A stretch of DNA of 48,526 nt from a virus. Taxonomy: Duplodnaviria > Caudoviricetes. Below are positions 17,450-25,352 of this stretch, piece by piece. A program made the translations under genes and the position numbers. Within the stretch, counting starts at the first letter, position 1. Every line of letters starts with the position of its first letter. The DNA lies in IMG/VR virus record IMGVR_UViG_3300027533_000034, positions 1-48,526 of that record; one strand, written 5' to 3'. Under the pieces are notes generated by a model. That model had not been told where the DNA came from and ran no database searches. It saw only the letters and a list, made by a program, of their open reading frames with translations.

Positions 17450-17649
17450 AACAGAAAATCTGGACGTGCAAGATTGATGAGGTCGCCGACTTGCCAGATG
17501 GTTCAGACCGGCCCATGCGAGAGGCTGTCGTGGAAGCCTATCGTAAGCTCACAGGTAGGGAGCCAGTCTTCTGCTTCAGTGGATGGGGCGGGGAACTGAC
17601 GAAGGTCGAGCGCGAAGTGGCAGAGGAGTATCGTGCCAAGGACAAGTGA
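17446..17649 (+). CDS. Hypothetical protein (MKQKIWTCKI...)
   Basis: ATGA overlap with the upstream gene; 67 aa. Confidence 0.6.
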   Translation: MKQKIWTCKIDEVADLPDGSDRPMREAVVEAYRKLTGREPVFCFSGWGGELTKVEREVAEEYRAKDK

Positions 17650-18532
17650 CATCGTGCTAGGTGGACGCCTCATGCTCATGCTGAAGGGCGATAACGGAGT
17701 CGGGAAGACTGTGCTCGCTGGCAGTTTCCCCGGCCCTGTCAAGTTCTTCATGTTCGACGGCTCGAAACTTGACGTGCTCAAGTTATTCTTCCCCAAGCGA
17801 ACGGATATTGAATACGATATCTATGGCGCAAGGGAGACCAAGTTCAAGGATGCCAACGGCCAGCCCGTCCACATCAAGGACTTGATCCAGTTCGCTGACG
17901 AGTTCAACGCGCTTCAGGACTACTGCCCATATGCGACGGTGGTTCTGGATAGCTTCACCTCGTTCTCAGTCACATGCGTGACGTTCCAGTTGGATGTGCG
18001 CTCCGCATCAGCACAAGCCAACAAGAATCCGCTGAAGTCCAAGGGCGGCTTGGTTGTCCCCGACTTCGACGAGTATAAGGGTGAGACAACACTGGTTACG
18101 CAGACGTTGGATGTGTCCAAAGTTCTGCCATGCCATGTGATTTGGACCGCTCACCCGCTCCCCAAACTTGAGACAAGCGGGAGTGGCAACAGCATGAAAG
18201 TCTCGAAGTCATCGTCGATTGCAGCCTACGGTGCTAAGACGGCTGCGATGGCACCAAGCTACTTCAACGAGATTTGGCATCTGGAAACTCGCGCTGCGAA
18301 TGACTCCGCTGGAACGCGCCAGCGTATCGTTCATACGCAGACAACGGGGGACCAGTTCGCCAAGACTGCACTTCCACTTCCCGTGTCGTTCGATGTCACG
18401 ATGAAGAATGGCTTCCAGGAAGTGCAGAAATACCTCGCAGAGCATCGCATCAAGCTCCAAGAGGCGGCGTCTGCGAGGGAAGCTCAAACAGCGGCCAACG
18501 AAGAAAGAGAGGCAATCAGAAAGCTGGTGTAA
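17633..18532 (+). CDS. P-loop ATPase (AAA_24/Sak4-like recombination protein)
   Basis: Walker A GDNGVGKT, Walker B VVLDS, VIWTAH; located between a nuclease and an SSB-like gene. Confidence 0.8.
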   Translation: MPRTSDIVLGGRLMLMLKGDNGVGKTVLAGSFPGPVKFFMFDGSKLDVLKLFFPKRTDIEYDIYGARETKFKDANGQPVHIKDLIQFADEFNALQDYCPYATVVLDSFTSFSVTCVTFQLDVRSASAQANKNPLKSKGGLVVPDFDEYKGETTLVTQTLDVSKVLPCHVIWTAHPLPKLETSGSGNSMKVSKSSSIAAYGAKTAAMAPSYFNEIWHLETRAANDSAGTRQRIVHTQTTGDQFAKTALPLPVSFDVTMKNGFQEVQKYLAEHRIKLQEAASAREAQTAANEEREAIRKLV

Positions 18533-18610
18533 CGGGTAATACCCCCGCTGATATAAAAGGCATCGGGGTCATAACGGCACTATGTGCCATCACTTGAAGG
18601 TAGGTAAGAA

Positions 18611-19039
18611 ATGGGTATGCGTTTTCAGGTTACTCCGCAGGACGTCAAGCGCTCCAAGACGGTGCGCCCCGGTTGGTATCTCGCGACGGTGACGAAGGTC
18701 GCCCTCGAGGATTCCAAGGACGGACAGTCCAAGAACATCGTCATCGACCTGCTCGGCAACGAGGGAGACGCTGATGGCGTTCCCTTCAAGACTTGGGTGT
18801 CCGAGAAGGCTCCCGGTCTCGCGGTCCCCATCATCAAGGCCTTCGGGGGGAAGGTGACGGAAGAGGAAGGCTCGGACTTCGACTTCGAGACCATCCGCGG
18901 GAAGTCCGTCCGCATCGAGGTCGTGACCGACAAGTATCAGGGTCGGCCCACGAACAAGATCAACGATTGGGCGCCGACTGCCCTGTCGGGTGACTCGGGT
19001 GCGGCTCCCTCGTCGATTCCCGTCGAAGGCCTGGGCTAG
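18611..19039 (+). CDS. Single-stranded DNA-binding protein-like (DUF669-like)
   Basis: PGWY.ATVTKV...SKDG and GK.V.IEV..DKYQGR..NKI pattern; follows the Sak4-like ATPase. Confidence 0.7.
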   Translation: MGMRFQVTPQDVKRSKTVRPGWYLATVTKVALEDSKDGQSKNIVIDLLGNEGDADGVPFKTWVSEKAPGLAVPIIKAFGGKVTEEEGSDFDFETIRGKSVRIEVVTDKYQGRPTNKINDWAPTALSGDSGAAPSSIPVEGLG

Positions 19040-19150
19040 ACAGTTCGGTTCGCCACTAGCCTCTTGAGGAGGTGAACTGTCGCGGGTTGCACGGCCCCCC
19101 TTCCCGTGTGGCGCAATACGGGGGGCCACTAATTGACAGTAGGAGTAATC

Positions 19151-19318
19151 ATGAACGAGAAGATGATCGACCCGAAGGATATCGAGGAACAGCAGGACAA
19201 GGAACGCGCTGACCTCGACAAGGAACTCGAAGAACTCGACGCCGCTCTCACAGGTGAGGCTGACGAGGACGACGACGAGGACGAAGACGACGACGAAGAT
19301 AAGGACGACGAGGAGTAA
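19151..19318 (+). CDS. Very acidic small protein (55 aa)
   Basis: AGGAG RBS before ATG 19151; C-terminus EADEDDDEDEDDDEDKDDEE; followed by a terminator. Confidence 0.75.
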   Translation: MNEKMIDPKDIEEQQDKERADLDKELEELDAALTGEADEDDDEDEDDDEDKDDEE

Positions 19319-19321
19319 GGT

Positions 19322-19357
19322 CTTGGGGGTGGGTTGAGAGATTCACCCCCAAGTTTT
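19322..19357 (+). terminator. Intrinsic terminator
   Basis: CTTGGGGGTGGG...TTCACCCCCAAG followed by TTTT. Confidence 0.7.
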
Positions 19358-19365
19358 ACGAGGTT

Positions 19366-19548
19366 GTGATGGAGAAAAAGAAATACTGCAAGTTCTGTAA
19401 GAAGCTCATGGACATGAGCAAGCATTCTTCGTCATCCCTCAGATCAGATGGATACTGCACAGCCAAGTGCAAGAGGAAAGACCGCAACGAATACTACAAG
19501 GATCTGGACAGACTGCGAGTCTGCGACCCGGATACGGGATGGTTTTGA
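19366..19548 (+). CDS. Small Cys-containing protein
   Basis: CKFC...YCTAKC; TGATG coupling to the next gene. Confidence 0.55.
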   Translation: MMEKKKYCKFCKKLMDMSKHSSSSLRSDGYCTAKCKRKDRNEYYKDLDRLRVCDPDTGWF

Positions 19549-20819
19549 TGAAGATAAAAATCACAGAAATCACGCTCCCCTCGACAGAGGATGAGATAGC
19601 TGAGCGCGTCGCGGACCAGCTCACTGAGATTGCTGCATCCATGAAGGAGCAGGGACAGCTACAACCGATATCCGTTCGTTCGGTGAACGGTTCTTACGTC
19701 CTCAACTTCGGTGAGAAGCGGGTCCGCGCGGCCCAACTCATCGGGTGGACTGAGATTGAAGCCGTCATCGAGGATGTCTCAGAGAAGCAGGCGCACATCC
19801 TCCGTTGCCACGAGAATCTCAAGCGTTTCAATTTGCCATGGGATGAGCAGGCGCTCCTCACAGAGAAGCTGCACATCCTCAGACAGGAGGAACATGGCTT
19901 TGTTCCCAGTGGACGACCTAAGAGAGATGTCGAGAAAAAAGGATGGTCAGTCAGGGATACAGCCGATGAGCTTGGAGCGGCGCTGGGACTCGTTTCGGAG
20001 AACATCAACCTTGCCCGAGCAGTCCGAAACAACCCCGCACTGCGAGCCATCAAAGACAGAAAGACTGCAATCAAGCTTGTTCGACAAGAAGCACAGCGGG
20101 AGCTTGATAGAGTTGAGTCGACTGACCGGAAGAAGATTGATTCGAACGAGATATACCTGGGCGACGCCACTGCGGTATTGTCAACCTTCCCTGACCATTC
20201 GATTGACGGCGTTATCACGGACCCGCCGTGGCTGAACTTCTTCGACCCCTCCCTCAAGCGAGACGCGCGCACCTTCCCGGTGTTCAAGGAAATGTATCGC
20301 GTCCTCAAATACAACAGCATCTCCTACATCTTCGTCGGGATGGAGGACTATCCACATTACGTAGGCTGGGAAAGAATCGAGGAAGATGGCTCAACATTCC
20401 ACGTCAAGGGTGAACTCGAGAAAATTGGGTTCTCCGTCGCAAAAACCCCCCTCATCTGGCGAAAGACCGGCTCCCTCTCTCGTCGTGGAGTTAAAAGCTG
20501 GGAGTATGACCGCGACTTCGAGTTTATCATTGTCGCAGCGAAAGGCACTCCGGTCCTTACTTCGCCAACCCGGTTATCAGGCGTCAAAAGTTTCGCCGCA
20601 GTTCCTCCAGCAAGTCTTATCCATCCTAACGAAAAGCCAGTGGACCTGGTCAAGGACATACTCGAGGACTGCTCGCACAAACAGAACATTATTCTCGATC
20701 CGTTTGCGGGAAGTGGAGTTCTCGGATCGGCTTGCCTTGAAACAGGCCGTCGGTTCATCCTCATCGAACGCGAGCGGGAACGTTATGAGAAGATTGTCAA
20801 AAGGCTCAAGGGGGAGTAA
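19548..20819 (+). CDS. ParB-like domain fused to a beta-class N6A/N4C DNA methyltransferase
   Basis: GQLQPI.V...GEKRVRAA...ENLKR (ParB/Srx) plus HTH; ITDPPW (motif IV), HPNEKP, ILDPFAGSG (motif I). Confidence 0.9.
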   Translation: MKIKITEITLPSTEDEIAERVADQLTEIAASMKEQGQLQPISVRSVNGSYVLNFGEKRVRAAQLIGWTEIEAVIEDVSEKQAHILRCHENLKRFNLPWDEQALLTEKLHILRQEEHGFVPSGRPKRDVEKKGWSVRDTADELGAALGLVSENINLARAVRNNPALRAIKDRKTAIKLVRQEAQRELDRVESTDRKKIDSNEIYLGDATAVLSTFPDHSIDGVITDPPWLNFFDPSLKRDARTFPVFKEMYRVLKYNSISYIFVGMEDYPHYVGWERIEEDGSTFHVKGELEKIGFSVAKTPLIWRKTGSLSRRGVKSWEYDRDFEFIIVAAKGTPVLTSPTRLSGVKSFAAVPPASLIHPNEKPVDLVKDILEDCSHKQNIILDPFAGSGVLGSACLETGRRFILIERERERYEKIVKRLKGE

Positions 20820-21242
20820 ATGATTACAGTCTACCTCGCGTGTGACTCCAAGCTTCAGTCGGCCGCAAGAATGCTTCGAGAGAAGTTGGGCACGCGCGGC
20901 ATCATGGTTACTTCCCGTTGGCTCGACAACGACTTCGACCTCAACTGGACGACGGAAAAGCTCATCGAAGAAGCTGAGAAGGACTTGGTTGACATCGACG
21001 AGGCTCATTACTTCGTGCTCTACAATCCCAAGTCACATCATCGTGGCGGGACAGGCGGTCGGCACTTCGAGACGGGCTACGCCTACGCGCATGGCAAGCT
21101 CCTCATCTACTGCTCTGAGGAAGTGGAGAACGTGTTCCACAATCTGATAGACATTCACGTCGTGATGAAGGATAAGGAAACCTTCAACGACTTCGTTGAC
21201 ACTTTGGCGAACGTGATTCATTCAATCAAAGAGGATGAGTAA
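20820..21242 (+). CDS. Nucleoside 2-deoxyribosyltransferase-like / nucleotide N-hydrolase-fold protein
   Basis: VYLA, TSRW, DL.DIDEA..FV, GGRHFETGYAYA.GK, NVFH pattern. Confidence 0.7.
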   Translation: MITVYLACDSKLQSAARMLREKLGTRGIMVTSRWLDNDFDLNWTTEKLIEEAEKDLVDIDEAHYFVLYNPKSHHRGGTGGRHFETGYAYAHGKLLIYCSEEVENVFHNLIDIHVVMKDKETFNDFVDTLANVIHSIKEDE

Positions 21243-23718
21243 CTACGTCCCAGGTCAGGGTAATCCAAGCGCCAAACTGATGGTGGTTGGCGAAGCTCCG
21301 GGTGCGGTGGAGGATCAACTCCTCCGCCCATTCGCAGGCCCGTCTGGTAACTTGTTAAATGAGTTACTTGAGGAGGCCGGGACACATCGCAGAGAGGTCT
21401 ATGTGACGAATGTCGTCAAGTATAGGCCACCGCAGAATGATCTTCGACGCTTAGATCAGATCGGCCATAGCGTCGAGGAAGGGATGGTTCAGTTATGGGA
21501 GGAGATAAACGCGCTCAAGCCCAACTGCATCCTAGCTCTCGGGAACCTGTCCCTCAAAGCTCTAACGGGGATGGGAACCTACATCAAAAAATCGGGAAAG
21601 TATTCGGGCATCCTCACTTGGCGTGGCTCCATTTTGCGCGCCATGCAAGGGGACTATAAAGTCCTCCCAACTATCCATCCGGCCGCTTTACTTCGATCGG
21701 GGGACACTGAGGAGAAGGTGCTGTCATACAGCTCCCGCCTGTATATCTTGAATGATATCAAGCGGGCTGTAGCACAATCGCAGTTTCGTGAGTTCAGACT
21801 ACCACCTCGCACGCTCGAAATCGCTAGAAGCAGGGTGGATGTCTGGCGCTTCCTTGAGAAATACAAGCATCTCAAGAAAGTCTCGGTCGATATTGAGGTT
21901 CTCGCTGCGATACCCGTCTGCATCGCGTTGTCATTTAACACATGGCACGCTATGTCGATTCCTCTCATGGACATCTGGGCGCTCCAGAATAAGGAGTCTG
22001 GAATAGCCGACCACGAGTTTGATTACATGTGGCAGATGTTGATGGAGTTCTTAGGACAGCCTGACATTCAGGTCATCGGTCAGAACTTCAAGTTTGACGA
22101 TGAGAAACTCCGGCGCGCGTGTGGTATCGTTGTCAAGAACACCTGGTTCGACAACATGATGGCGGCTCATACCCTCCATTGTGAGCTTCCACGTAGCCAG
22201 GCATTCCTCACATCCATCTACACTGACGAGCCATACTATAAGGACGAAGGTAAAGAGTTCAACATCAAGAAGTCTCCCTGCGAGCAGTTGCTCTACTACA
22301 ATGCGAAGGACGCCGTTGTCGCCTTTGAGATTCACGAGCAGCTGTATGAGGCAATGGGGGAGATAAACCCACCCGGATTCCCCAACTGGCGTCAGTCATT
22401 CTTCTTCGACCATGTCATGCCCCTTCACGATCTTTACAGGGACATGGAGGATGAGGGATTCCCAGTCGATGAGGAGAAACGTAAGGAGCTGATTAAAGAC
22501 TATGAACAAAAAATTGTTGATGCAAAACGTGAGCTTGAAGCAATCGTTGGGTGGGACGTTAACCCAAACTCTCCAAAGCAGGTGGGGCTCTTACTCTATA
22601 AGGATTTCGCTCTCCCCGCGAGAGGCAAAAGAACTCCTGAAGGGATTAAAACAAGCACAGACGAAGATACCCTAACTGCATTACAGGCTAACGTCTGTAA
22701 GAAGCCTGAGCACAAGCGGGCTATCGACCTCATCCTCAAATTGAGGGGCTGGCATAAGGCTCTCGGCACGTATATCAAGGCTGCGTGTGATTTCGACGGG
22801 CGTATGAGAACGTCCATCCAGATTTGCGGCACGGAGACAGGTAGAAGCTCGAATAAGAAGCAAGAGGCACCCGTCAGACCGTTCAAAATGGGGCTTGCAT
22901 TTCAAACCATGTCAAAACATGGGGAGATGGGAGCAGAGCTTCGCAAGATGTTCATCGCTGAACCTGGGCACTCCATTATGGAGTTTGACTTGTCCCAGGC
23001 TGAGGCGCGCGTCGTAGCCCTGTTGGGACGTTCTGAGGAAACTCTTAGGCTGTTCAACACGACAGACATCCATAAGCTGACCTCCACATGGCTCTTCAAC
23101 TTCCCCATGAACCAAATCTCGAAGGAGATGCGGTTCGTCGGTAAGACATGCCGCCATGCGGGGAACTACGACATGCGGAAACGTCGGCTCATGGAAATCA
23201 TCAACACAGATGCCAAGAAATACAACATCGACATTAGTCCTGTCAGCGAGTGGAAGGCAGGGAAAATGCTGGACACTTTCCACGAGTTCTCACCGTGGAT
23301 TCGAGAGGTATTCCACAAGGAAATCGTCCAAGCTCTACAAGAGAACAACCTCACCCTCGTCAATCCGTTTGGCAGGGTTAGACAGTTCTGTGACCATTGG
23401 GGAGACGAGCTATGGCGCGAGGCTTATGCTCAGATACCTCAGTCAACCATCCCCGACCACATTCGGCGGGCCGCGATAAATCTGCGGCGAAGAGTTCCGG
23501 GTATTCGCATCATACTAGAAGCACACGATGCTCTAGTCTTTATGACGCCGAATCACCTAATCGAACCACACGCTAGAATTATTAAGGAGGAGTTCGAGAC
23601 ACCCATCGACTTCAGGCATTGCACGTTATCGCGTGGTGAGTTAATCATCCCCTGTGAGGCCAAGTTCGGTCAGAACTACAAGCAGTTGAATGACCTGGAC
23701 TTGAAACAGGTGGCATGA
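21235..23718 (+). CDS. polA: Family A DNA polymerase with an N-terminal uracil-DNA-glycosylase-like domain and 3'-5' exonuclease
   Basis: UDG family-4 motifs GEAPG..E...PF.G.SG, TNVVK.RPP and HPAALLR; exonuclease DIE, QNFKFD, YNAKD; polymerase TGR.S, DLSQAEAR (A), K...HAGNY (B), HDAL (C). Confidence 0.93.
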   Translation: MSNYVPGQGNPSAKLMVVGEAPGAVEDQLLRPFAGPSGNLLNELLEEAGTHRREVYVTNVVKYRPPQNDLRRLDQIGHSVEEGMVQLWEEINALKPNCILALGNLSLKALTGMGTYIKKSGKYSGILTWRGSILRAMQGDYKVLPTIHPAALLRSGDTEEKVLSYSSRLYILNDIKRAVAQSQFREFRLPPRTLEIARSRVDVWRFLEKYKHLKKVSVDIEVLAAIPVCIALSFNTWHAMSIPLMDIWALQNKESGIADHEFDYMWQMLMEFLGQPDIQVIGQNFKFDDEKLRRACGIVVKNTWFDNMMAAHTLHCELPRSQAFLTSIYTDEPYYKDEGKEFNIKKSPCEQLLYYNAKDAVVAFEIHEQLYEAMGEINPPGFPNWRQSFFFDHVMPLHDLYRDMEDEGFPVDEEKRKELIKDYEQKIVDAKRELEAIVGWDVNPNSPKQVGLLLYKDFALPARGKRTPEGIKTSTDEDTLTALQANVCKKPEHKRAIDLILKLRGWHKALGTYIKAACDFDGRMRTSIQICGTETGRSSNKKQEAPVRPFKMGLAFQTMSKHGEMGAELRKMFIAEPGHSIMEFDLSQAEARVVALLGRSEETLRLFNTTDIHKLTSTWLFNFPMNQISKEMRFVGKTCRHAGNYDMRKRRLMEIINTDAKKYNIDISPVSEWKAGKMLDTFHEFSPWIREVFHKEIVQALQENNLTLVNPFGRVRQFCDHWGDELWREAYAQIPQSTIPDHIRRAAINLRRRVPGIRIILEAHDALVFMTPNHLIEPHARIIKEEFETPIDFRHCTLSRGELIIPCEAKFGQNYKQLNDLDLKQVA

Positions 23719-23906
23719 TGAAGAACCTATCTGATATCGTAGCTGAGGAACTCGAAAAGGCGCTCAATTCTCCCAAGATGCGAGAGATATTAGACCTAAT
23801 GGATAATATCAATCCATCTGGGCTGTGCGTTCTTTGTGGGGTTCCAGTTGGGAAGGCGCACCTACTCTGCCCAACATGTTACGGAGCAGAAAAACTAAAG
23901 GAGTAA
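23715..23906 (+). CDS. Small Zn-finger protein
   Basis: CVLC...CPTC; ATGA overlap with the polymerase gene. Confidence 0.55.
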   Translation: MMKNLSDIVAEELEKALNSPKMREILDLMDNINPSGLCVLCGVPVGKAHLLCPTCYGAEKLKE

Positions 23907-23913
23907 CCATGAA

Positions 23914-25137
23914 GTGACCTGGATTGAAACCCTGCTCGCATCAACCGAGGGTTCTGAGAGTCCTCGTGAGTATTACTACTGGGCAGGTCTCGCGGCAATC
24001 TCTGCCGTCGTAGCAAACAACGTGTATCTGGATAGGTTCTACTATAAACTCTATCCCAACATTTACGTGTTGTTAGTCGGTAGGTCAGGGCTGAGAAAAG
24101 GGCCGCCAGTAGCATTGGCTAAGGCGTTAGTTGAAGAGGTAAATAGCACCAGGATATTCAGCGGGAGAACGACGATTGAGGGGATCATCAATGAGCTGTC
24201 CACTGCGAAAACGAAGAATAACGGTGGTCCCCCAATCCTGGACGCTCGTGGGATGTTGGTAGCGTCAGAGTTCGCGTCGTTCATCATTCAGAACGACTCG
24301 GCATTGACCATTCTGACGGACCTCTATGACAGGAACTACTACGAAAAGGCATGGGATTATGCAACCAAGGGGGGAGGGATACAAAGTCTGAAGTCTCCAT
24401 ATTTGACGTTACTAGGTGCGTCTAACGAAACACATTTCAAGGATGTGATTCCGCAGAACGCACTAGGTGGGGGCTTTATCGCAAGAACATTCGTAATCCA
24501 TGCCGACGTGAAGTCTAACTCGAATCCGCTGACTGAGAGACCCGAAGGTATAGTCTCAATCGAAAGTCTGTCGAAGCAACTAAAGGTGCTATCGCAGACT
24601 AAGGGTGAGTTCGTATGGTCAAAGACAGCGAAACAGCTTTACAATGACTGGTATAGGGAGTATGATAGTGGGACATATGATGACGACACCGGGATGCTTG
24701 AGCGCCTCGGTGATTCAGTCCTCAAGGTTGCCACTCTCGTATCACTGTCCAGAGATTGTAGTCTGGAGTTAAACGAACGGGATGTAGCAGAGGCGATACG
24801 CAAGTGCATGTCGTTTGTGCCCGGTGCGAGGAAGGTAGCACTCGGAGCGCAGGGCAAGTCGCCATCGAAGGAAGGCACAGCAGTAATTCTGAGATTTTTA
24901 CTGGCGCATCCAGAGCATTCTACGACGAAAACCAAGTTGTTGCAGAAGTTCTGGGGTCACTTCAATGCTGATGAGCTGAAGGTGATTGTCGATACGCTAG
25001 TCGTTGCGCGTGCGGTGAAAATCGAGCAGAAGCAGGTAATCGCGGGACGGGGTTTGGGCTATATCGAGGACTACATCACTTTGGTCCCCGAAGTTGTAGC
25101 CCGTTACAACAATCTACAACGGGAGGAAACAACATGA
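23914..25137 (+). CDS. Putative replicative helicase-like P-loop protein (DUF3987-like)
   Basis: PNIYVLLVGRSGLRKG, ASEF, LTDLYD, GGFIAR pattern; adjacent to the polymerase. Confidence 0.65.
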   Translation: MTWIETLLASTEGSESPREYYYWAGLAAISAVVANNVYLDRFYYKLYPNIYVLLVGRSGLRKGPPVALAKALVEEVNSTRIFSGRTTIEGIINELSTAKTKNNGGPPILDARGMLVASEFASFIIQNDSALTILTDLYDRNYYEKAWDYATKGGGIQSLKSPYLTLLGASNETHFKDVIPQNALGGGFIARTFVIHADVKSNSNPLTERPEGIVSIESLSKQLKVLSQTKGEFVWSKTAKQLYNDWYREYDSGTYDDDTGMLERLGDSVLKVATLVSLSRDCSLELNERDVAEAIRKCMSFVPGARKVALGAQGKSPSKEGTAVILRFLLAHPEHSTTKTKLLQKFWGHFNADELKVIVDTLVVARAVKIEQKQVIAGRGLGYIEDYITLVPEVVARYNNLQREETT

Positions 25138-25352
25138 AAGTGGAAATGACGAGAAAGATTGTGGCTGAGATTGGCGACTACCCCATTGATAGTTTCAAGA
25201 AGGTAGTCGCTGATGCTGACAACGAAGCAGCGGGTGATATCGAGAAGATTGGCTTTGATGAAGGTGGAGTATTGGTAGTCTACTCCACCATCAAGGTCGA
25301 AACCGATATCGTTGCTATCGCTGAGGTCGTCGAGGACGAGACGGACTCCTAG
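25134..25352 (+). CDS. Small acidic hypothetical protein
   Basis: GGAGG RBS, ATGA overlap; its 3' end overlaps the convergent gene by 38 nt. Confidence 0.6.
   Translation: MKVEMTRKIVAEIGDYPIDSFKKVVADADNEAAGDIEKIGFDEGGVLVVYSTIKVETDIVAIAEVVEDETDS

Noticed and set aside
19548-20130. ParB domain as evidence of a plasmid-prophage partition system
   Set aside because: It is fused to a DNA methyltransferase and no ParA or plasmid Rep gene is evident.
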